Assembly (NCBI GenBank): GCA_964016885.1
Contig: OZ024746.1
Location: 82,522,001-82,586,000 of the forward strand
Origin: Eledone cirrhosa
Taxonomy: Eukaryota
DNA length: 64,000 nucleotides
Direction: 5' to 3'
A program made the translations under genes and the position numbers. The notes beneath the pieces are model-generated. The model made no database searches. It was not told where the DNA came from and saw nothing but the letters and a program-made list of their open reading frames with translations. Shown piece after piece: positions 52,467 to 64,000 of the stretch; positions within the stretch are counted from its first letter, which is position 1; every line of letters starts with the position of its first letter.

Positions 52467-55400
52467 AGAACTATTGGACATACATAAAAATGAGCTGGTA
52501 AACATGCAACTGGCATATTAGACTTCTCAGGGTGGCAGCAAATCTCAACAGATTGAATTTGTTTTTCTTTTCTCACAACACATTTAGAACGTCCACATGA
52601 AATCACTCCCCTTCCACTCTTCAAAAGGAAACCAAAAAAAAAAAAGCCAAAACAAATCTAAACAAAATGCCTAAGAAATTAGTTTTTCATATTTGCAATG
52701 TACATTGTCCTTACATCATGTTAATAATTATTAGTTTGTTTTCATTTACCACTCGCTTGTGTGATCATTTTGATTTGCCTTTGTTACTTTAACAACTTTT
52801 GCTTTAACTAATTCACTTTTGGTGCCTCGTCTTCCTTTCTCACATTTTTGTACACTTCTTTTGGCTTCTATCTCTGTCTTTAACACATCACAATCATTTC
52901 GTTCTTTATGGTTTTCACTTTTCATATAACAAACAAAAAAACAACAAAAATTATGTGTATATGTGTGTGTATATATATATATAATATATATATATATAAA
53001 CAAAAACAAAAACATTTGAAACTAAACAGAATTTTCATGTTGCACATTTTTATTGTAGAGTTGCAGGGTGTGGTAATCTCATGTTTTTAAAAACTTTAAA
53101 GGATATGTCTGAAAAGAAAGTATCTGCACCTGTAATCCTGCAAGTTCTGCCCCTCTCCAACCCCCAAACTTTTCTCTGCCATTTCTTCTTTAAAGAAATT
53201 GCAAGCTACAAATATTTAGTTAACTGTTGTCAGTTTTGACTTGAATGCATCTTGTATAAATTTTTGCACTCATTTCTACTTCTGATTTGTAGTCAACAGT
53301 ATGTTTCTTTTGTTGCCGACAGGTTTGAAGTGAGAGACAATTTGTTGCTGGTCTGACTGTTTACATTTCTATTCCACACAATCCATTGGGTTAAATGACC
53401 ATATTTAATCCAGTTATTTATCACAAGTGTCTTAATCTAGTGTATATTTACTGCAATCTCTCTAATAATTTCTTAACCCAGCCATCTTAGATCTAACTTC
53501 GTTTTATGTAGTTATTTGAATTTAACAACTGTTTTGGTCCAATTTTTTCTCTCTCAAATTCTGTGATTTATTTATTTTTCTTTCTCCTGTCATTGCAAGA
53601 CTTTCTGTGTATTTGGTTATATGTAAATTTATCTGCAAATGTTGACCCAGCACATTTTAATTAGTAGTTTTTAACACATCTTTAGTGACTTTTTCTCTCC
53701 ATAATTAAAATTATTTTAATAAATTCTAGTTGCTGAAAATGTTTCAACTAGCTTCCTTGTATAACTGTTATAAATATCAATAATAATAGGATAATGTTAA
53801 GGATGTTAAAATGCAGCTTAGTTATGTAGTTAATATACACCTGAAAGCATGCAAATGATGTTTAAAATAATATTTTTCAAATTTAGAGATCATTTAAAAT
53901 ATATGAAAAACATAACACTATAATTTTAATTGGATTAAAATTTTGAATTAGATTAAATTTTATATATTCCAATATTGATGGAAGATATCATTTTCCTGAA
54001 GAATTATTAGAGAGATGATGGTACATGTTCCTAGTTGCAATTGATCCCTAAGGCTGATACTTTCTCTTTATAAATAATGTATTTCCTAAAGATTTGCTGC
54101 AAAAGTGCAAAACAGAGTAATAGATTTATTATGGCCCAAATTTAACTTAAAAGGGTTCATTCTTTTATTTCAATTTTATTCTCTTATAAAACTGTGATAA
54201 TACTTTCATGACATCTGGTGTTGAAATTATATTCCAATACAACTATATGTAACTGTTAACTAGTAATGCAGCTAAACATATAACTTAAAAAATTGATATT
54301 TAACATTCGCTTATTTCATTTAAGAACAAAAGTTTTGGTTAAATGTAAACCTTGTCCCACTCCAGTATTTATCCAATTATTGAATTTGCTTATTTAAGAT
54401 TTTCATTGCTATATAATAGTACACTGATTTATATGACTTTATTTCATATTTTAATTATTAGGAAACTTATTGTAATCCTGTCTGCTTTAATTTTTTTCGG
54501 GAGGGGGAAAAAGCTATCACCCAAGCAAGTATTTTTAGATTGTAATTATCTTTCCTTCTGTGTTTATTTGCTATATATAGAATATTTTCATGCTCATTTT
54601 TTTTATGTATGAAAATAGGTGAGAAAAAATTTATTTGCAAAAAGCTTAATTTTTTGTTGTATGTAATTTCTATATTTTTGCTAGTGTTACTAATGTATTG
54701 GTGTCAGTTCACTTTACTGTATCCTGCCCCTAAAAATAGTTGGTCTTAAAATATATGATGCATTAAATAAGCTTTCAACAAATTTGAAAATGCATATGGT
54801 TAAAAATTTATATAGTTCTGTATTACAAATACTAGTAATTAAGAAAAATAGTGTCTAGAGCTTTTATGTTTTTATTTTGTTGCCCTTTTTTTTTTAGTTA
54901 TCTCTGGGAAGTAGCCAAACAAACTAGTATGCTTAGTTATGGGATTTATATTGAAATATCTCATTAAATTTTACATTAGTGATACAGTTCTTTCGTGAAA
55001 TATTGCTTCGGCTACAAAATACTTTAAACTGACATATCTTCAAATATTTTTATACTAAAATATCTTTTACAATTAGATGGATATATTCAAGTGAAGTGAT
55101 TTGTGTAGGTAGTGAATATTGAGTTAGGTATCACTTCACTTAAGAATTATTTTTCTTCGATATATCTTTACAGCTTTCAATATATTGAAGTATGATTGCC
55201 TTTGCACTCTTGTTTTGTTATGAACTAATTGAATGTAATTAATTTAAGAGATTTGTTTTAAGCATTTATGTTTATAGAAAACATCTGAATCTTAATGTTT
55301 GTTTCATATATGATATTGTAACAAGTGCATCTGAGCACTACACAATAATTTTCATTATTATTATTATAAATTACAAGTAGAGAAGATCAGACTATATTTC

Positions 55401-55530
55401 ACAAAATCATTTATTTGGGAGAATTTTGTTAATGATAGTATGGGTTTGGTATCTATAAAATAAATAATTGCTTTGGTTTTATTTCAAAATCGGTTAGTTT
55501 ATATAAATTGTTATAATTTCAGAAAATTAA

Positions 55531-55720
55531 TCTGGTCATAAGATGTTTGTATTCTATACACACATAGGTGTAGACATAATGTAGCGTATATGCACATCTG
55601 GTCATAAGTGTAGACATAATGTAGTCTATATGCATTTGGTCATAAGTGTATAGAACATGACATAGCCTCTATACATACATTTGGTCAGAAATGTTTAGAT
55701 CATGTAATTTATATACACAT
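55531..55720 (+). repeat. Degenerate ~40-bp minisatellite (4-5 units)
   Basis: Recurring t(c/t)tggtcataagtgtagacataatgtag..tatatgca at ~55531, 55597, 55635, 55680. Confidence 0.85.
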
Positions 55721-56064
55721 ATTGTTTGCTAATTAATCTTTGAAGTATTAGGAAATTAAATTATTTTTACATTCTATTTCATTTTATATAAATATTTAAT
55801 TCAGTGATTTCATGTATTTTGATCATTATAGTTTAGTTAAGGTCTATGAAATAGAAAATATTTAGCATTGACTACTTTAACTGAATATACTTCAGATATT
55901 GGGAAGCTTACTTAATGTTAGTTTAATAAATTCTCTGTTCTATAAACAAGAGTAAATATAGTTTGAAGCTTGTTCAGGAATTAATCAGTAAATAACTAGT
56001 ATTCTCCAGTATTTTTGAGTCTTTCTTGACCCCAGAAGCTCATCAGGCTAGATCATATCTTGAT

Positions 56065-56215
56065 TCATGCTGTTGGTACTCATTTTCAACTGTGTGAACT
56101 GTAGCAACATGAAATGAAGGGCTTTGCTCAAGGACATAAAGTGTTGCCCAGTCTGGGTATCAAACACACAACCTTAGTCATGAGATGAACTCTTTAACCA
56201 CTAGGTTGCACTCCT
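56065..56215 (-). mobile_element. SINE fragment (same family as 1075-1410)
   Basis: ggtactcattttcaactg...gctcaaggaca...taaccact. Confidence 0.7.
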
Positions 56216-59200
56216 CATAGTATTTACTGTGACTTAATTATGGTACTGGTTATTCATTTTGAAAATTGTTTCTTGAGAAAATATATGTTAGAGAATATTC
56301 AGTATTTATTAATTAAAACTTGAATTGAATTTTTACTAATTCATAATACCTAGAAACAATATTTACAACTTGTTTTATTAGCTCTAGTTGCATCAGCTTT
56401 GTTGAAAAATAGAGGCACCATTTCTATCTAGCTTAGAAATGTATATAGTCTCTATAAAATAACCTTTGTTTAAAACTGGGTCTTTGGATTCAGTTGTGAC
56501 ATAAAATCTTGTTAATTTGTCTTTGCACTTTCCTTAATTACAGCTAAAGCCCATAAGGTAAAAACTGTTCCCTCCTCACTCCAGAGTAAGTAAAATATAT
56601 TGAGAGATGTGTTGTCTCAGACAATCATCAATCCATATTGATGGAATGTGTTAAATTTTTCAACATAAGAAGTAAATGCTTTAAAAAATAAAACCCCCAC
56701 CCATTTCACCACAAGTTCCCTAATATCTTTTGCATGGATTTTCAATTATGTTTAATTCTTCTAGAGCTATATACTTCATATACATAATATTATGTTTTTC
56801 AATAATGGATAATCCTACAAAATGATTGTTATAAGCAAATGAATACTTCTCTGAATATATGTGATATATTTTCCATGCATTCTATTTGTCACATTTAGGT
56901 TTTAAGCTGCAAATTGTCATAGATCAAATATTGGGCAGATCTTTGAGCATTTTTTATATTTTATTATGCTTATCATTGATCCTCAATGCATCATGGTTGT
57001 CATGAAAGATGTTTTATCATTTAGTGGTGCCTGTTGTGCCATTCTGAAACTATTACTCATTCTTTTCATCTTTTCTGATTCAGAGTATGTTAGAATAATA
57101 AAATTTTAATCTGTTATAATTTTAGCTGGTGATACCACACTTGTTTTAAGAAACACACCATGTAATGTTTATTTAATGTCAAAACACGGGGTTGTGATTA
57201 TTTCCTTTACTGGAGTTCCTAGAAAAAGATTGAGCTGTTTGCTAAACATGAGATGAATGTTATATTTATGGAGTTATTTTAGGTTTCCATAATTACCCAA
57301 ACTTAGATAATTTCAAGTGTGCATTCTAGATGCTCACAGGTCTTCTTGGAAATGTAATTTTCCTTTTAGTTGCAATTAATGTTTTTGGGGCAGCAAGCAC
57401 TTTATAGGCCTTACTGGTAGATTTAAAAATCAATTAGATTTCCTTCCTATGGGAGCTGAATATTTAACCAGAATGTTTAAAAATATTTTTGTATTATTGC
57501 CTTAGTGTTTTTGTCCAAAGAAATGACTATGACTAGAGATTCTATCAAATATCTGATTGAATTCTCTTGTTAATCTACATTTTTATTTTGAAATAGTAAA
57601 TAGATATCAACATAAATATCTTGCACAGGATGAATTATTTTAAGAGGTAATTTTTGGATTATACATAATGATTCTTATTTTTATCTATTTTTCCCTGATA
57701 TATCTTTTAAGGGAACATATTTTCTAAAAATGAGGTCTCACTTTTATCATCTCTCTACCAAATTAATTTAAATGATTATTAACACCTAGCCAGCTTGTGG
57801 GAGAAATTACCTGCCCCCTTGTCCCAGCTGCCAAGTAAGTTTTTAACAGAAATCAAAGTTGTAATTAAAAGCAGCTTTAGCAAGTGTGCTTTTAATTAAT
57901 TTCTTTTTTAAAACAATTACATAACATTATAAGCATTTCATATTATAACAAAATAAAATAACATTTAATCATAATATTTTTCTTTTAATAATAATAATAA
58001 AGACTTTCGCATAGTGTATAGCTACAAGTTACTTGTTGATGCACTATTCTTTATTTCATGTGTACATTACTCAAAAGCTGGGTTGAATTTCTCTTGCAGA
58101 AATAGATAAAGATTTATGTAAGGTTATCAATATATGATTGTTTATTGTCTTTCAAAAGCTTAATTTCTATTGTTGAATATTTATGGACTCCATTTTAAAA
58201 TTAATAGGCCAGTTCAAATACTGGCCAAATGATTGAAAACCATTTGAGTTTTTGTATTTTTAATTAGAATTTTATATTGAGATAATATACTTATAGCAGT
58301 TGTAGGTGACTATTACTGGCTGGTTAGGAATTATTAAATATGTCAGTCACTAGTTGATCCCCCTCCCCCCAACAACCCAAAAGACAATACTGTGAGTGAG
58401 AATAACCTTTTCTTTCCAAATTGAGTTGTTTTAATGTGTTAACACAAAATATTTTTGTTCTCTCTTAGAGTTTTAAAAGAATTCTTTCTTTTTTTTAATT
58501 GTTAAACTAAAAATTGTATATAGCTTTTTTTTTTTTTTTTTTTTTGAAATTTTCTTGGAGTTTTTTTTTTTTTTTTGTGATTTAGTTTATTGGGTTGTTA
58601 TTCTGATAAATTCTTAGTCAATATTGGAATATTGTAGCATCTAGAATTAATAAATTTTAAAATAAAGTATTAACTGGGTAAAGAATGACTTTCTCGGCTA
58701 TAGAATAGTTAAATTATCTCTTTTGAAATATTGAACATATCATTTCTATTGGCATTTTACCAATTTAGAATTGTACTATGTTATATTGTTTATATTCATA
58801 AACTAAGTCATACAATAGCTTTGTTAAAACCAGACATTATCCTTTTTTTATAGTATTAAATTGTAAGAGCTTAATTTTTAATTTGATTTTTTTTCCCTAC
58901 TCTTTACAAAAATTGGTTTTGCAGCTATAGGTAAATTTCAATATTAAAAAATTGATTTTTTAATATATATGTACTAATTTCTGATAATGTTTTATTCCCA
59001 TTTGAAATGCTGCTCTTTATAATTTTGACAGCCCTAATTACAAATATCAAATATGTTGAAATAATATTTATAAAAATCACTAACAAGACCATGTTTAACT
59101 ATCTAATAGCATACAAGAATAATATTTAAGATCCTTTAATTGAAATGTAAATGAGTTGACATTAAAATTAATCAATTGAGAGATTGTATTGACTGAAATC

Positions 59201-60509
59201 TTATCAATACTGGTGTCAGTTATTAATAGCACTCTCACAGACTAATCATTGTAGCTTGATGTTCAATTTTATTTATTACCAAGTAGTTTTATGTATATAA
59301 CATTTCCCTATATATAGAAATAACATACATCAGTTTCAATAGAATTCTTCATAGAATGACTTGTTACAGCATTTAAGAATTTAATTTGTAATTAATAAAA
59401 AAAAAATTAAATATAACTTCAGAGCTTCTGGATAAATTTCTAATAACTTTGTACAATTAAGTTTTTGTTCCTTTTTTCTAAAGTTAATTTAATGACTATA
59501 TAATAGGTTAAAAAAGAAAGTCAATCAGGTATGTTAAAATTTTATATTATTTTCAAAATAGTTTGAGCAGGCCAATTCTACTGCATAATATTTTAATCAA
59601 TCAAAATCTCAAGTTTTCTTCTAATTTTGGTTAATTTTATACTCTTTCTAGTAGAGCTATAGATATAAGGTCTAATTTATTACCTTGTATTGTAAAATTA
59701 AATCCTACTATCCATGATATCTATCAGCCATGCACTTAGCACTAGAGAAAATACTAAAAAATAGATTGTTTTTGCTATAGATAAAAAAAAAAATTTAGTA
59801 AAATATTTACAGTATTTATTTTAAAAAAGTTAATTTTATCATTACACTGCTAGTCTTTGGGGATATGGAAGTTCATATGGTTTGAGTTCAATTTCAAATA
59901 CAGGTCTAAACTTTATATATATACATATATATATATATATATAGAGAGATGAATTGATAATACAATCATATAAGGCAAAGAATAATTCAAAGCTCAGATG
60001 TGATTTTATAGTCCAGTGATTGGTAAAAGACAGTTCAGAGTTTAACCCAATTAGTAAATTTCCAGTCATATAAGTTTTATAACTTCACAGAATAAAATGA
60101 ATAAAAATAACCAGGATTTAATTACATTATTTAATAGATTTATGAACGGTTCTTTCAAATACAGTAGGAAGTACCATTTTATTCCTCTATACCGAATTCC
60201 TCAAAATCATTAACAATACAAAAAAGATAATTATTTACCAACTATGTCCGAACATTTCCAGTTCAAAAACATAAACAACTTTAAATAGAGTCTGTAAAAT
60301 TTATGGAAGACTAAATGCACAAAATAAAATTTATTAGTAATAAATATACAATGTATATGTACATAGATTCAAATGATTCTGAGGAATAAAATGATACTTC
60401 CTACCTTATTTGAAGGAAACTTTTGTAAATCTATTATATAATGTAATTATATACTCTGGTTATTTTTATTCATTATGTGTGTGTGTATTTATATATATAT
60501 ATATATATA

Positions 60510-61327
60510 CTTGCTGAGATAAATGGATAAGAGAAAACAACTGCATTGGAAGCATTGTATGATTTATAGTATGAGGCAAGACTGGTGTGTGTGACAAAAT
60601 AAAAACGGTCAAAAACCTTCCAGATACCCAGTTTCTTTATTTTACCATTCGTGCATAGTATATGAAGATTTCTGGATGTTCCCACTTGCGAACAACCGAC
60701 ATATAACTGTCCATAGGTAAAAACCGATTCTCTTGTATTCAATCCTACAACTTTGAGACTGACCATGAGCTTTATTTATGGTCATAGTAAAACTGGCTCT
60801 AACAGGGAACTGAAGTCTTGAAAATTTTAATGGCAGCTCGGGAGAGGAATCTTGGGAATAAATGCACTTTCTCCTTGACTGCCTCCAAGAATAGTGACCT
60901 AGATGTTTCATCATCTGCCTAACTGTTAAGTGTGTGCCGTTGTATAGATGTGGCTGGTCCAGGTTTTTCAAAAGGATGATGGGAGTTCCAATGTTTTATA
61001 TTATATATGCGTGTATGACTCATTTATATAGACCAACATTCGATTCCACAGATGCTGGCTGCAAAACATGAGCATTGCTGACAAATGCGCAGAGAAAATC
61101 CCTTATGGTTGTCTCCAAACCTGCCAGAAATAGCAATCCCGTTGGCTAGCATACCCAGAATGTTTTTCTTCTTTGATTTTATAAAATGAGTATCAAACAA
61201 CTTTCCTGGATATACCTATTCCATTCTTATACTTTTTGATTGTCAGTTTTCGTTTTTGTGTGATGTGTGAACACACCAACCAACCGACTAACAACCATCT
61301 CTCTTTTATATTATATATAGAGATAGA
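60510..61327 (-). mobile_element. Non-autonomous Helitron with PIF1-helicase remnant
   Basis: KNLDQPHLYNGTHL, RLQFPVRASFTMTINKAHGQS, VFTYGQLYVGCSQV (PIF1 C-terminal motifs, frameshifted); 5' end A|TCTATCTCTATATATAATATAAAA; 3' end ctcagCAAG|T (degenerate CTAG). Confidence 0.88.
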
Positions 61328-64000
61328 TTATATATATAAATAAATATATATAAATATGCACACAATGTATTATGAGCATCAAAATCATTTAACATTCACC
61401 TCCCTGGTAGCAAAATTTGGACAAGTCATCAGAACTACTGACTTCTCAGATGGGCTGGGTACCACATTTTGCTTACATGTGTTGCAGCATTCCACATAGT
61501 TCATTATAGAGTGGCACCAGCACTATGTATATGTACTAGTGTAAAACCAGATTCTTGTTGGAATTTTTTTCTTCAAATTAAAATCTATTTCTATAAACAT
61601 TTCCTGCAATAGATACCACATAATTTTACTTTATTCCTTTGTGAGCTAGCTAATACAGTTAACTTTTTGTCAACTGCTGTATTGTGACCAATGTGAAATT
61701 AATATATAATTCATTTAGGATCGGCATCTCCATGTTCATACATCTCTCTGGGGAATATCAGGGTGTTTTTCTTTTTATTAATGGCTTAGGAGCAAGGGAA
61801 ATGGTCATGAACTTTTGCAAGGCTTCTGAAGGAAGAAATCATAACTTATCCTACTTTTTATTGCAACACCTATATCACCTGGTGATATAATCCTTTACGA
61901 TACTAAGCTGTATACTTTTAAGTGGTTACATTCATCTAAAACCCTGCCATCATAATTTTAAACACTGAACAAATAATGAGAAAATTATATTACCAGATTT
62001 TGAAAATCATAGGTAATGTTTATCATTAGAAATATGTTAACGAAAGGGTTAAAGCAGATGAAGACTTCTTTTACTTTACTTCAGGATGGAAAATTGCTGA
62101 TAAACTTGCCATTTTATGTTATTTATTCTGCCCAAGTTGTACAATTACCTCCATGTCAGTCATCAGTCTTGCCAGCAAAAATCTAGTGAATCAATAATTG
62201 GTCCATTGGAAACATTAAAAGTCTCATTAATAAACACTTTGCCATAAAGTTTTTTAATCTTGAAGTTCTGGCAAGATTTGAACTTGTTTAGATAAAAACT
62301 GAATAGTATTAAATATTTAATTCATATAGGTGTGATACTGAATGACTGAAAAAAAATCTGACATCAAGAAATGAAGATTTCTCATACTTGATGTTTGTTA
62401 GTAGAATAGGCATGTAGTGGACTTTCTCAGTAATGAACAAAAATGTATCTGCTTTATGGATAGCTCTGTTATAATATAGAAAAAGTGGAGGTTTTTGGTC
62501 AGTAATTTGCATAGTATTGAAACAATACCGTGAATGGCATAGATTAATATAATTTGCCTAGGGGTTGATCTCTAACATTTAAATTTGTCTCTTCTGAATG
62601 TAGAAAACAAAACCCTAATTACAAGAAATTAAGAATTTAAAAAGATTTAATTTTCATTCTTACAGGCAAATGTGACTTGTTAGTGGGTATGGTGACAGTA
62701 AGGGACATTTGTATTAGATCTTGTCATTGAAGCATAACATAGATCCATGTGGTCTATTATGTATTTAGTATGTTTCAGTAGTTTCCAAACATTTCCCCAT
62801 ACTTGATTGTTTGTAGTTATTGCATGGAACAACTTGTAAACCAAGTGGCATTGTTTTCTTAAATTGATGACATCATTGAATAATTTATATCAATCTTCTT
62901 AAATTTTCTGTGAAGTTGATATTTTATATTGTCCATTGCTATGTGCGAACGGTAGTGGATGATCCCATTAAGGAAGAGAAAATATAGAAATTATTGCAGA
63001 AAAGACAATTGTAAAAGAATGTAATTTCAACTGAATAGCAACACTTGCTATTGAAGATATAATGAACTAGTCCAGTTTTCAACCAAGCTCGGGAAATACT
63101 TATATCACTTAACTTGGGTCAGATTTTTTCCAATAAGATTGGGCAGTCTAAAAGATACTTGGCTTCTTATCTTTTATTTTAAAATACTTTCTTTATTTGA
63201 ACAGTTATTTCTTTCATCATGTGTGCTTGAATATATTTCAATTATTTAAGCAAACAACTGTACAAATTAGTATTGTGTTCACTCATAATCATTATTGTTT
63301 AATGTTTGTTTTCCCTGCTAGCAAGTGCTGGACACATTACAGACTAGTTAGTACTCAGGTGGACTCTCTGACTGACCTCCAGGTTGGCTGAAGGCCCCAA
63401 CACAGTATCCTACACTCTACAAAGTACATTTTGTTGTGCCAACATGAGGGAAGAACATTGCTGAAGAAACTATCAAACACTTTGCAGGTTTTTCTATGAT
63501 TAGATGCCCTTTTTACCACCAACCACTTTTTAGGAGTGTATTGGGTGATCATTTATCATGTTGATCACGAACACTAGGGAGGTTGTCATGTCTAAGGCAC
63601 AGCTAAAGAGTTCTCCCAACCCTTTGTTTGGCTGGATGTCCATATCACCAACCACTTTACTGAAAGTACTGGGTGCATTTATCATGTAAAAATGTTTGTA
63701 TTCATTTCAATAACTTTTAAAGTAATGACACTATGCAGGGAACATTAAAATTGTTTTGTTTTTTTAAATGATGTACCTGAAATAGATTCTTAAGATATGC
63801 TCATTTCACAATGTACAGTTGAATCAGAAGTTGTCTTAACTCTTAGCTTTTTATTTCATACTTTTGGTAAATTTTGTTTGCAATGTATGAAAATTAAAGT
63901 ATGGTTGTTTATGTAACATTCAAAGCTAGTCTTTCATATGATAATTGGGAAATTAGATAACTATAATAGAACAATATTGTTTAAAGAATCAAACATTTAT

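Noticed and set aside
60473-60971. Host PIF1 helicase gene
   Set aside because: Frameshifted, intronless fragment bounded by Helitron-type termini.

Overview
AT-rich, repeat-dense, intron-containing animal genomic DNA. The repeat families and (TA)n abundance suggest an octopod cephalopod; this is an inference, not a database result. One protein-coding gene is well supported: a + strand DP-family transcription factor (TFDP1/Dp, the E2F dimerisation partner). I trace 11 coding exons from an ATG at 32085 to a TAG at 52466 (~415 aa), preceded by a CpG-rich promoter-like island (~31490-32090) and followed by ~7 kb of nearly transposon-free sequence that may be a long 3' UTR. The upstream 31 kb is mostly decayed mobile elements: RTE LINEs, an R4/Dong-like fragment, mariner and maT/DD37D elements, hAT MITEs, several SINE families, Penelope-like ends with hammerhead-like cores, and microsatellites. 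piggyBac-type MITEs lie in DP introns and downstream, and a Helitron remnant lies at ~60.5-61.3 kb. Most notable observations: an apparent clean 10-codon deletion in the DP marked-box exon, a decayed duplicate of the terminal exon/3' UTR inside an intron, an unresolved splice-phase gap (lost exon, alternative acceptor or micro-exon), and four long fold-back palindromes beside TA microsatellites. I see no convincing evidence of a wholly new multi-gene system. Repeat boundaries are approximate unless TIRs/TSDs are quoted; comparisons with vertebrate TFDP1 are from memory and need an alignment.
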